From: a virus
Taxonomy: Duplodnaviria; Heunggongvirae; Uroviricota; Caudoviricetes
Virus record (IMG/VR): IMGVR_UViG_2563366827_000006
Coordinates: 1 to 30,256 of that record
Direction: 5' to 3' (one strand)
Length of the DNA: 30,256 bases
A program made the position numbers and the translations under genes. Positions 21,597-29,008 of this stretch are shown here, piece by piece. The notes under the pieces are model-generated. The model was not told where the DNA came from. It did not search any database and saw nothing but the letters and a program-made list of their open reading frames with translations. Positions within the stretch are counted from its first letter, which is position 1; each line of letters opens with the position of its first letter.

Positions 21597-22420
21597 CAAC
21601 TCCATGCCTATATAGCATCGTTCGCTATGCGCCTTATGCGGAGACTGAAGAGTTCGCAAACATAGGCGTACTTCTGTGCGCGCCAAAAGAAAATTACTTT
21701 GATTTCCAGCTCACAAAGCGAAATGACTCTCGTGTAAAGAATTTTTTCCATGATGATTGTATTTTCCCTGTAGCAAAAGACTCAATACAAAGAGAACTAC
21801 AGTTCGCAAAAATGCATGCGACCCAGATTGTTGGACATCAACAACTTGCACAATTCTTCAGATATTTTACAAACAAAAAAGAATCAATTTTTCAGTTCAG
21901 TTCTACGAGAGTGATTCTCAGCGAAAACCCAAAAGAAGAGCTGGCCCGCATTTACAATAAATATGTAAACCACTCTGACTACACAAAAGAGCGCCGTGAA
22001 GATGTTCTAGCCAGAGAGCTAAAACGAAGTATCGATAGAATAGATGGATTGAAGAACGTCTTCAAACAAGCAACCATTGATGGGTATTTCGCAAAGTTCT
22101 CAATGCCATTGGTCGCCAAGAAGCATGACAGGATCCAATGTGCCATCAAACCTCTGGCATTCACTCAAGCTGAACCAGGAAAAATGATGGAGCATAGTGA
22201 TACTTGGGTGATGAGAATAACTCGAGCAGCAGAAGAAAACCTGCTTTCACTTGATGACATTTTATTCACAATTGAAACTCCTGAATCACCAAACTCAGGC
22301 CAAAGCAAAGTTATTGACATCATAAAGAGAACTATGGATGCTAAGAAAATAAATCATATACCTGCATCCAACCACAAAGAAACTATTGATTTTGCAAAAA
22401 AAATACTTCCCCAAGTTTAA
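21593..22420 (+). CDS. DUF3037-like protein (gene 2 of two-gene cassette, translationally coupled)
   Basis: ATG at 21593 overlaps gene-1 stop (ATGA); N-terminus MTTPCLYSIVRYAPYAETEEFANIGVLL matches my recollection of the DUF3037 N-terminal signature; ~275 aa. Confidence 0.55.
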   Translation: MTTPCLYSIVRYAPYAETEEFANIGVLLCAPKENYFDFQLTKRNDSRVKNFFHDDCIFPVAKDSIQRELQFAKMHATQIVGHQQLAQFFRYFTNKKESIFQFSSTRVILSENPKEELARIYNKYVNHSDYTKERREDVLARELKRSIDRIDGLKNVFKQATIDGYFAKFSMPLVAKKHDRIQCAIKPLAFTQAEPGKMMEHSDTWVMRITRAAEENLLSLDDILFTIETPESPNSGQSKVIDIIKRTMDAKKINHIPASNHKETIDFAKKILPQV

Positions 22421-22455
22421 AATTTATTTTTGTATGTGATATTCCTTATTAATAA

Positions 22456-22482
22456 CCCGGCCACCGTGCCGGGTTTTCTTTT
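22456..22482 (+). terminator. Rho-independent terminator after the two-gene cassette (CCCGGC-caccgt-GCCGGG followed by TTTTCTTTT)
   Basis: GC stem plus T-run 36 bp downstream of the 22420 stop. Confidence 0.7.
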
Positions 22483-22760
22483 GCCTCCCCTCATCACACA
22501 AACCGCTCAAAAAACCACCACAACCCCGCTTCAGTTATCGCTATGCGATGCAAGTCACAAAATTAATTCTTTTTGCTATCAAACATTTAATATCAAAACA
22601 CATCTAACAATAGCAATAAGTATTGATACCACCAATAGCAATAGCTATTATCACCATATCGCAACAACACAACGATACGGCAACCACCTGATTCACCGTT
22701 GCGATGACCGCTTAGATCCGCAGCTTGGTTTCAGCAGGCTCCGGGGAGTGCGAGGGGTGA
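22483..22760 (+). promoter_or_regulatory. Putative pL/oL region (leftward early promoter and operators)
   Basis: Non-coding; carries the same CAATAGCAAT-type motifs seen in the cI-cro intergenic region (22608-22618, 22633-22649, the latter with palindrome AATAGCTATT); position equals lambda pL/oL. Confidence 0.5.
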
Positions 22761-22925
22761 AACGGACGCGTGAACGTCGGTGTGACCAGCTGAAATCAAC
22801 TCAACACTTCATACCTCAGTTGCTTCAACGAGGCGACTTAGTTATGACAACCGGCGGCCATCCACCGCCAGATACTGCGCAACCCCTTATTTGTTCAGCA
22901 GCCCAGCTTACGGGCAGGAGTTTTT

Positions 22926-23132
22926 ATGGTTCATCAACATTATGGAACGCAGACCGTTAATCGAGGTGCGGTCATGCCAGGAATGCTGGTCAAACACAAA
23001 GATGGTACCTGGACTGCATCAGCTAATTTACGCGGACGGCTTTATCTGCATCGCGGCATCGAGCGCACTTATACCCGTGATTTGCTCGTGGAAGTTTTTC
23101 TCGACGGACGCGGTAACGGCCTGAATCACTAA
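22926..23132 (+). CDS. Hypothetical small protein (68 aa) at the kil/cIII position upstream of gam
   Basis: ATG preceded by AGGAG at 7 nt; [68 protein letters not shown]; no recognised homolog. Confidence 0.55.
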   Translation: MVHQHYGTQTVNRGAVMPGMLVKHKDGTWTASANLRGRLYLHRGIERTYTRDLLVEVFLDGRGNGLNH

Positions 23133-23207
23133 TCCCCTTTCCTGTTTTCCTAATCAGCCTGGCATTTCGCGGGCGATATTTTCACAGCCATTTTCAGGAG
23201 GTCAGCC

Positions 23208-23504
23208 ATGAACGCTTATTACATTCAGGATCGTCTTGAGGCTCAGAGCTGGGCGCGTCACTACCAGCAGATCGCCCGTGAAGAGAAAGAGGCAGAACTG
23301 GCAGACGACATGGAAAAAGGCCTGCCCCAGCACCTGTTTGAATCGCTATGCATCGATCATTTGCAACGCCACGGGGCCAGCAAAAAAGCCATTACCCGTG
23401 CGTTTGATGACGATGTTGAGTTTCAGGAGCGCATGGCAGAACACATCCAGTACATGGTTGAAACCATTGCTCACCACCAGGTTGATATTGATTCAGAGGT
23501 ATAA
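23208..23504 (+). CDS. gam: Gam, host RecBCD inhibitor (short GamS form only)
   Basis: 98-aa [47 protein letters not shown]… matches lambda GamS; AGGAGG RBS upstream. Confidence 0.93.
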   Translation: MNAYYIQDRLEAQSWARHYQQIAREEKEAELADDMEKGLPQHLFESLCIDHLQRHGASKKAITRAFDDDVEFQERMAEHIQYMVETIAHHQVDIDSEV

Positions 23505-23509
23505 AACGG

Positions 23510-24295
23510 ATGAGTACAGCACTCGCAACGCTGGCAGGGAAGCTGGCTGAACGTGTCGGCATGGATTCTGTCGACCCACAGGAACTGATCACCACTCTTC
23601 GCCAGACGGCATTTAAAGGTGATGCCAGCGATGCGCAGTTCATCGCATTGCTGATCGTCGCCAACCAGTACGGCCTTAATCCGTGGACGAAAGAAATTTA
23701 CGCCTTCCCTGATAAGCAGAACGGCATTGTTCCGGTGGTGGGCGTTGATGGCTGGTCCCGCATCATCAATGAAAACCAGCAGTTTGATGGCATGGACTTT
23801 GAGCAGGACAATGAATCCTGTACATGCCGGATTTACCGCAAGGACCGTAATCATCCGATCTGCGTTACCGAATGGATGGATGAATGCCGCCGCGAACCAT
23901 TCAAAACCCGCGAAGGCAGAGAAATCACGGGGCCGTGGCAGTCGCATCCCAAACGGATGTTACGGCATAAAGCCATGATTCAGTGCGCCCGTCTGGCCTT
24001 CGGATTTGCTGGTATCTATGACAAGGATGAAGCCGAGCGCATTGTCGAAAATACTGCATACACTGCAGAACGTCAGCCAGAACGCGACATCACTCCGGTT
24101 AACGATGAAACCATGCAGGAGATTAACACTCTGCTGATCGCCCTAGATAAAACATGGGATGACGACTTATTGCCGCTCTGTTCCCAGATATTTCGCCGCG
24201 ACATTCGCGCATCGTCAGAACTGACACAGGCCGAAGCAGTGAAAGCTCTTGGATTCCTGAAACAGAAAGCCACTGAGCAGAAGGTGGCAGCATGA
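23510..24295 (+). CDS. bet: Bet (Red-beta single-strand annealing recombinase)
   Basis: 261-aa [62 protein letters not shown]… matches lambda Bet. Confidence 0.96.
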   Translation: MSTALATLAGKLAERVGMDSVDPQELITTLRQTAFKGDASDAQFIALLIVANQYGLNPWTKEIYAFPDKQNGIVPVVGVDGWSRIINENQQFDGMDFEQDNESCTCRIYRKDRNHPICVTEWMDECRREPFKTREGREITGPWQSHPKRMLRHKAMIQCARLAFGFAGIYDKDEAERIVENTAYTAERQPERDITPVNDETMQEINTLLIALDKTWDDDLLPLCSQIFRRDIRASSELTQAEAVKALGFLKQKATEQKVAA

Positions 24296-24972
24296 TACCG
24301 GACATTATCCTGCAGCGTACCGGGATCGACGTGAGAGCTGTCGAACAGGGGGATGATGCATGGCACAAATTACGGCTCGGCGTCATCACCGCTTCAGAAG
24401 TTCACAACGTGATAGCAAAGCCCCGCTCAGGAAAGAAGTGGCCTGACATGAAAATGTCCTACTTCCACACCCTGCTGGCTGAGGTTTGCACCGGTGTGGC
24501 TCCGGAAGTTAATGCTAAGGCGCTGGCCTGGGGAAAACAGTACGAGAACGACGCCAGAACCCTGTTTGAATTCACTTCCGGCGTGAATATTACTGAATCC
24601 CCGATCATCTATCGCGACGAAAGTATGCGCACCGCCTGCTCCCCCGATGGTTTATGCAGTGACGGCAACGGCCTTGAACTGAAATGCCCGTTTACCTCCC
24701 GGGATTTCATGAAATTCCGGCTCGGTGGTTTCGAGGCAATAAAATCGGCTTACATGGCCCAGGTGCAGTACAGCATGTGGGTGACGCGAAAAGATGCCTG
24801 GTACTTTGCCAACTATGACCCGCGCATGAAGCGTGAAGGCCTGCATTATGTCGTGATTGAGCGGAATGAAAAGTACATGGCGAGTTTTGACGAGATGGTG
24901 CCGGAGTTCATCGAAAAAATGGACGAGGCACTGGCTGAAATTGGTTTTGTATTTGGGGAGCAATGGCGATGA
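24292..24972 (+). CDS. exo: Exo (lambda 5'-3' exonuclease, Red-alpha)
   Basis: 226-aa [57 protein letters not shown]… matches lambda Exo; ATGA overlap with bet. Confidence 0.96.
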   Translation: MIPDIILQRTGIDVRAVEQGDDAWHKLRLGVITASEVHNVIAKPRSGKKWPDMKMSYFHTLLAEVCTGVAPEVNAKALAWGKQYENDARTLFEFTSGVNITESPIIYRDESMRTACSPDGLCSDGNGLELKCPFTSRDFMKFRLGGFEAIKSAYMAQVQYSMWVTRKDAWYFANYDPRMKREGLHYVVIERNEKYMASFDEMVPEFIEKMDEALAEIGFVFGEQWR

Positions 24973-25151
24973 CGCATCCTCACGATAATATCCGGGTAGG
25001 CGCGATCACTTTCGTCTACTCCGTTACAAAGCGAGGCTGGGTATTTCCCGGCCTTTCTGTTATCAGAAATCCACTGAAAGCACAGCGGCTGGCTGAGAAG
25101 ATAAATAATAAACGGGAGGCGGTATGCACAAAGCATCTCCTGTTGAGTTAA
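24969..25151 (+). CDS. Small early-left protein (lambda orf60a-like)
   Basis: ORF 24963-25151; ATG at 24969 overlaps exo stop; [41 protein letters not shown]… 60 aa. Confidence 0.6.
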   Translation: MTHPHDNIRVGAITFVYSVTKRGWVFPGLSVIRNPLKAQRLAEKINNKREAVCTKHLLLS

Positions 25152-25315
25152 GAACGAGTATTGAGATGGCACATAGCCTTGCTCAAATTGGAGTCAGGTT
25201 TGTGCCAATACCAGTAGAAACAGACGAAGAATTTCATACGTTAGCCACATCCCTTTCACAAAAGCTGGAAATGATGGTGGCGAAAGCAGAAGCAGATGAG
25301 AGAGACCAGGTATGA
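25124..25315 (+). CDS. Small early-left protein (lambda orf63-like)
   Basis: 63-aa [66 protein letters not shown] in conserved lambda position. Confidence 0.6.
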   Translation: MHKASPVELRTSIEMAHSLAQIGVRFVPIPVETDEEFHTLATSLSQKLEMMVAKAEADERDQV

Positions 25316-25391
25316 CAACCACTGAATGCATTTTTCTGGCAGCGGGCTTCATATTCTGTGTGCTTATGCTTGCCGACATGGGGCTTGTTCA

Positions 25392-25607
25392 ATGACACCT
25401 CAGCAAGAAAACGCCCTTCGCAGCATTGCCCGTCAGGCTAATTCTGAAATCAAAAAAGCCAGACAGCATTTTCCGGATAAAAACGTCGATGACATTTGCC
25501 GTAGCGTACTAAAGAAGCACCGCGAAACGGTAACGCTGATGGGATTCACACCGACTCATTTAAGCCTGGCGATCGGCATGTTGAACGGCGTCTTTAAGGA
25601 ACGGTAA
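25392..25607 (+). CDS. Small early-left protein (lambda orf61-like; start uncertain)
   Basis: ORF 25326-25607; MTPQQENALRSIARQANSEIKKARQHFPDKNVDDICRSVLKKHRETVTLMGF… from ATG 25392. Confidence 0.55.
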   Translation: MTPQQENALRSIARQANSEIKKARQHFPDKNVDDICRSVLKKHRETVTLMGFTPTHLSLAIGMLNGVFKER

Positions 25608-25705
25608 ACATGAAAAGCAAAATTATCAGGGAGCTACAGGCTCCTTTTTTATTGTTCGCATTCACCCTCAAGCGTATTAACCAACAGTTCAGGGATTAAT
25701 GAAAG

Positions 25706-25927
25706 ATGGCAGACATCATTGATTCAGCATCAGAAATAGAAGAATTACAGCGCAACACAGCAATAAAAATGCGCCGCCTGAACCACCAGGCTATATCTGC
25801 CACTCATTGTTGTGAGTGTGGCGATCCGATAGATGAACGAAGACGCCTGGCCGTTCAGGGTTGTCGGACTTGTGCAAGTTGCCAGGAGGATCTGGAACTT
25901 ATCAGTAAACAGAGAGGTTCGAAGTGA
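25706..25927 (+). CDS. TraR/DksA-family C4-type zinc-finger protein
   Basis: 73-aa ORF with CxxC…(17)…CxxC motif: …ATHCCECGDPIDERRRLAVQGCRTCASCQEDLE…. Confidence 0.75.
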   Translation: MADIIDSASEIEELQRNTAIKMRRLNHQAISATHCCECGDPIDERRRLAVQGCRTCASCQEDLELISKQRGSK

Positions 25928-26079
25928 GCGAAATTAACTAGAAGCCAAAGATAAAATCATCGCTGAGCATGAGAAAATCGCTAACGGAGAAAAGACAGTA
26001 AGTCAGTATATGAAAACCGCATGATATCATCAGATAAAAATCGATCGTAAAGCGAAATATTAATACCAGAATAAACGAG

Positions 26080-26103
26080 TCGAGGTAAATTATATTACCT
26101 CGA
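26080..26103. terminator. Intergenic hairpin (TCGAGGTAA-attata-TTACCTCGA), possible terminator between convergent genes
   Basis: 9-bp perfect stem between TraR-like gene (+) and membrane-protein gene (-); weak flanking T/A runs. Confidence 0.4.
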
Positions 26104-26137
26104 TAAATTAACTAAAACTTGCCCGCTATATACTATC

Positions 26138-26740
26138 TCATTCAGTATCATCACGCGCGGTCTGTGCATATGTCACTACCGCACCTAATGTATTAATTTT
26201 CTTTTCAACATAGATAATATTATCGTACTCATAATTGCCATACGGATAGCAAATGCGAATATTCTCATGTAGATCGGGGTCATCCACCTCAGCTCCAGAA
26301 CAACTTTTTGAACTACCGGAAGTATACCGATACGGTGCAACATAAGACGATGTCTCTCCAGGCAAAAAATAAGTTAGTGTTGTAAGGGGTATAATCAGAA
26401 AAAATCCAGAAAATATGCACATCCCTGCATAAACCTTAAGGTATGCTGACAGACTCTTCCAGCCGTTTTGTTTTACTATCCCCTTCTTAACCCAAAACAG
26501 AGATAACAGAAAAGCTATTCCCATGCTAAACAGAATGTAATAGTGGGATATACTCTGATTAAGAAACGTGACCCTGTAGATATCTGCCCGCCACCAGAAG
26601 AAAAGGAAAATAAAGATCAGCCCTGAAACTGTCATGCAAATCAAATAAGGATACGAATCTTTTTTCATGTTTAGCGCCCATAAAATTTTTCCTGCCCCGG
26701 ACAAATTTACCATCCATTTTTTGCGCAGAAAATAGCTCAT
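26138..26740 (-). CDS. Hypothetical integral membrane protein (multiple TM helices; opposite-strand moron; start codon uncertain)
   Basis: 200-aa ORF with hydrophobic segments (LICMTVSGLIFIFLFFWW, YYILFSMGIAFLLSLFWV, VYAGMCIFSGFFLIIPLTTLTYFL) and a Cys/Tyr-rich C-terminal tail; AT-rich; no SD at any candidate ATG. Confidence 0.55.
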   Translation of the reverse strand: MSYFLRKKWMVNLSGAGKILWALNMKKDSYPYLICMTVSGLIFIFLFFWWRADIYRVTFLNQSISHYYILFSMGIAFLLSLFWVKKGIVKQNGWKSLSAYLKVYAGMCIFSGFFLIIPLTTLTYFLPGETSSYVAPYRYTSGSSKSCSGAEVDDPDLHENIRICYPYGNYEYDNIIYVEKKINTLGAVVTYAQTARDDTE

Positions 26741-26952
26741 TACTTACTGCACAATAATACACAAAATTGCGTAAATTTTTTGCATGGATTTTAGCTCTTT
26801 CAGCCGACGTTTAAGGGGTAAATAGCATTTCCTAAAAGCAACTGCACCAACCCAACAGAATGGGCTACCGCTTACGTTGAGAGCAAAAAAGTGTATAGCA
26901 GCAATGAACAGCATCCTCGCACTGACGGGGATTTCTTTTATATGGGGATAAT

Positions 26953-27753
26953 ATGACTATCCACTTTCACGGCAGCCCAATATGGGGGGATGAGCATGCC
27001 CCTACAGATATGCTGATTAAAGCCCTTTACCGTGATGGTGGGGCTTTTGTTTCATTTGCCAGACCAGAGCAGATGAAAAAGATTGCCATGTTCCCTTGTG
27101 ATATACGCCTTGATAACGGTGCTTTTAGCGACTGGATGAAAGCATTAAAGAAAGGCACTCCGGTAGACTGGAGTAAGAGACGAGCAAAATTCTACGACTT
27201 TGTTGGGAAGTGGTTCAGCAGAATTGAATGGTTTCTTATACCTGACGTTATCGAAGGGACAGAGGCAGAAAACGACGAGCAGATTGAGTTGGTTCCTGAT
27301 TGGCTAAAATCAAAAGCGGTTCCGGTCTGGCATACCGACGAATCAATTGAACGTCTTTTACGCCTTTCTGGCAAATTTGAATGGGTGGCGATTGGATGCT
27401 GCGGCCCACACAGGAACATACGCTCTAAATGGTGGGAACAGAGAATGGATGAAGTTTTCACTGAGCTTTATATCAATCGTAATTTGAAAGTGAAAATTCA
27501 TGGTCTTCGAATGCTCGACGTGAGAGTTCTTGGTATGTATCCGTTCGCCAGTGCGGATTCTACTAATGTTGCTGTTAACGTACCGAAGACAGAGAAGCGA
27601 TTTCCTGAGATTACCGACAAACTGGCACGTACAGCTGTACTTCGCGCTGCTATTGAAAAGGTGCACCCGCCATCGATATCAGCATGGGTAGACAGAAAGA
27701 TGAGAGAGCCGGCGCAAGCCGGTTTTTTATTTGAATTCACCGACGCCGCTTAA
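26953..27753 (+). CDS. Hypothetical protein (266 aa); weak, unverified resemblance to TGT/DpdA-type transglycosylase motifs
   Basis: ORF with GGGGA RBS; motifs …IRLDNGAFSDW… and …HGLRMLDV… loosely recall TGT catalytic Asp motifs (…DSGGFQ…, …GMFD…); own AT-rich upstream region. Confidence 0.5.
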   Translation: MTIHFHGSPIWGDEHAPTDMLIKALYRDGGAFVSFARPEQMKKIAMFPCDIRLDNGAFSDWMKALKKGTPVDWSKRRAKFYDFVGKWFSRIEWFLIPDVIEGTEAENDEQIELVPDWLKSKAVPVWHTDESIERLLRLSGKFEWVAIGCCGPHRNIRSKWWEQRMDEVFTELYINRNLKVKIHGLRMLDVRVLGMYPFASADSTNVAVNVPKTEKRFPEITDKLARTAVLRAAIEKVHPPSISAWVDRKMREPAQAGFLFEFTDAA

Positions 27754-27810
27754 TGCGGATTTCTTTTATATGAACTCGCTACGGCGGGTTTTATTTTATG
27801 GAGACAAGAA

Positions 27811-28155
27811 ATGTCAGATTTGGCTATGAAGGTTTTGAAATGGCAATCGACCGGCGATGTCGGCATCAGTAGCGCAACTCTTGCCTCAATCGCATGTGGA
27901 CTGAAAAAGAATATCTATGGTCATCACTTCGGCGCTCCACATGACGCAGCAGATTTCAGACGATGCGTTGCACTTGTTGAGCAGATTCCAGAAATCAGAG
28001 ATTCATTCAACAAGGTTGCAAAGCGCGTTCCGGCATTCAAAGGAATCCTCAACGAATGGGATTCCCTCGTTGCTCTGTTGAAGTCTGAAATGAAGATACA
28101 CGGAAACAAAGCACCAGAGACTTACAGAAGAATCAGCGAGCTACGCAAGGACTAA
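27811..28155 (+). CDS. Hypothetical protein (114 aa), unknown function
   Basis: ORF MSDLAMKVLKWQSTGDVGISSATLASIACGLKKNIYGHHFGAPHDAADFRRC… with GGAG RBS 9 nt upstream; terminator follows. Confidence 0.55.
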   Translation: MSDLAMKVLKWQSTGDVGISSATLASIACGLKKNIYGHHFGAPHDAADFRRCVALVEQIPEIRDSFNKVAKRVPAFKGILNEWDSLVALLKSEMKIHGNKAPETYRRISELRKD

Positions 28156-28212
28156 CCCGCCTCACACTCGATGAGGCCTGTTCATTGCTCAATGATATCC
28201 AGACCTACCATC

Positions 28213-28236
28213 GCCGCATCAATGCGGTTTTTTATT
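28213..28236 (+). terminator. Rho-independent terminator (GCCGCA-tcaa-TGCGG followed by TTTTTTTATT)
   Basis: GC stem plus 7-T run downstream of the 114-aa gene. Confidence 0.7.
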
Positions 28237-28243
28237 GCCTGAT

Positions 28244-28259
28244 TTGCAGGTTCGATTCC
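28244..28259 (+). other. tRNA-Arg (argW) T-arm-like fragment TTGCAGGTTCGATTCC, not part of an intact tRNA gene
   Basis: 16/16 match to the T-stem/loop portion of argW as I remember it (…AATTGCAGGTTCGATTCCTGCAGGGGACACCA); sequence diverges immediately after. Confidence 0.5.
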
Positions 28260-28278
28260 CTATTTGGAGATAGCACTC

Positions 28279-28479
28279 ATGCAACACGAACTACAACCTG
28301 ATTCACTGGTTGATTTGAAATTCATCATGGCTGATACTGGCTTCGGTAAGACCTTCATCTATGACCGGATTAAGTCCGGCGACCTGCCTAAAGCCAAAGT
28401 TATCCACGGACGAGCAAGATGGTTATATCGTGACCATTGTGAATTCAAAAATAAGCTCTTAAGCCGCGCCAATGGGTAA
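28279..28479 (+). CDS. torI: TorI-like excisionase / recombination directionality factor (AlpA/Xis family winged-helix)
   Basis: ORF 28264-28479 begins with TTG; ATG at 28279 (GGAGA RBS) gives 66 aa MQHELQPDSLVDLKFIMADTGFGKTFIYDRIKSGDLPKAKVIHGRARWLYRDHCEFKNKLLSRANG, matching remembered KplE1 TorI; adjacent to an argW core repeat. Confidence 0.75.
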   Translation: MQHELQPDSLVDLKFIMADTGFGKTFIYDRIKSGDLPKAKVIHGRARWLYRDHCEFKNKLLSRANG

Positions 28480-28551
28480 AATAGCGGGTAAAATATTTTT
28501 CACATCTAAAAAATACCATTCCAATCAATCCCCTGCCGCGCCAAGTAGATG

Positions 28552-28567
28552 CCTGCAGGGGACACCA
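28552..28567 (+). other. attR: Prophage attachment-site core: 16-nt copy of the 3' end of tRNA-Arg argW (CCTGCAGGGGACACCA), prophage/host junction
   Basis: Exact match to the remembered last 16 nt of argW including discriminator and CCA; no upstream tRNA body, so it is a core repeat rather than a tRNA gene. Confidence 0.65.
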
Positions 28568-29008
28568 GATACCCTTCAAACGAAATCTACCTTCACCCCG
28601 TAAAAGATGGGTTTGGCAGCACACTTGCCTTATATCTACTCATTTTTACTGCAACAGGTTGAAATCTCAGCACTGTCAGAAAGCGCTGATGACTAAACAG
28701 CCCTGGGCCGGGCGATGTAACCATCACACAGAATCCTGATAGCGAAATATGGCGTGACTCGATACTTCACTCCGCAATGCATTCCTTGATGAATTCGCAG
28801 GACCGTGATACACGGGACAGGTCACTGAATGACGACAATGTCCTGGAAATCAGCGAACCGCGCATCTGAAGTACATTTGAGCGACTGTACCAGAACATGA
28901 ATGAGGCGTTTGGATTAGGCGATTATTAGCAGGGCTAAGCATTTTACTATTATTATTTTCCGGTTGAGGGATATAGAGCTATCGACAACAACCGGAAAAA
29001 GTTTACGT

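Noticed and set aside
22430-22960. 176-aa + strand ORF spanning the terminator and putative oL region
   Set aside because: It crosses the intrinsic terminator and operator-like repeats, has no RBS, and its N-terminal part is low-complexity. Only its 3' portion is kept as a low-confidence N-like candidate in the findings.
23392-23947. Minus-strand ORFs (90 aa and 158 aa) within gam and bet
   Set aside because: Antisense to near-identical lambda gam and bet; shadow frames.
28481-28567. Possible complete tRNA-Arg gene ending at 28567
   Set aside because: Only the last ~16-19 nt match argW; upstream sequence has no D-arm or anticodon-arm similarity, so this is an att core copy, not a tRNA gene.
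28480-29008. Expected integrase gene between the excisionase and the host junction
   Set aside because: No ORF of 60 aa or more on either strand; consistent with a KplE1-type arrangement where the integrase is at the opposite prophage end, or with deletion.
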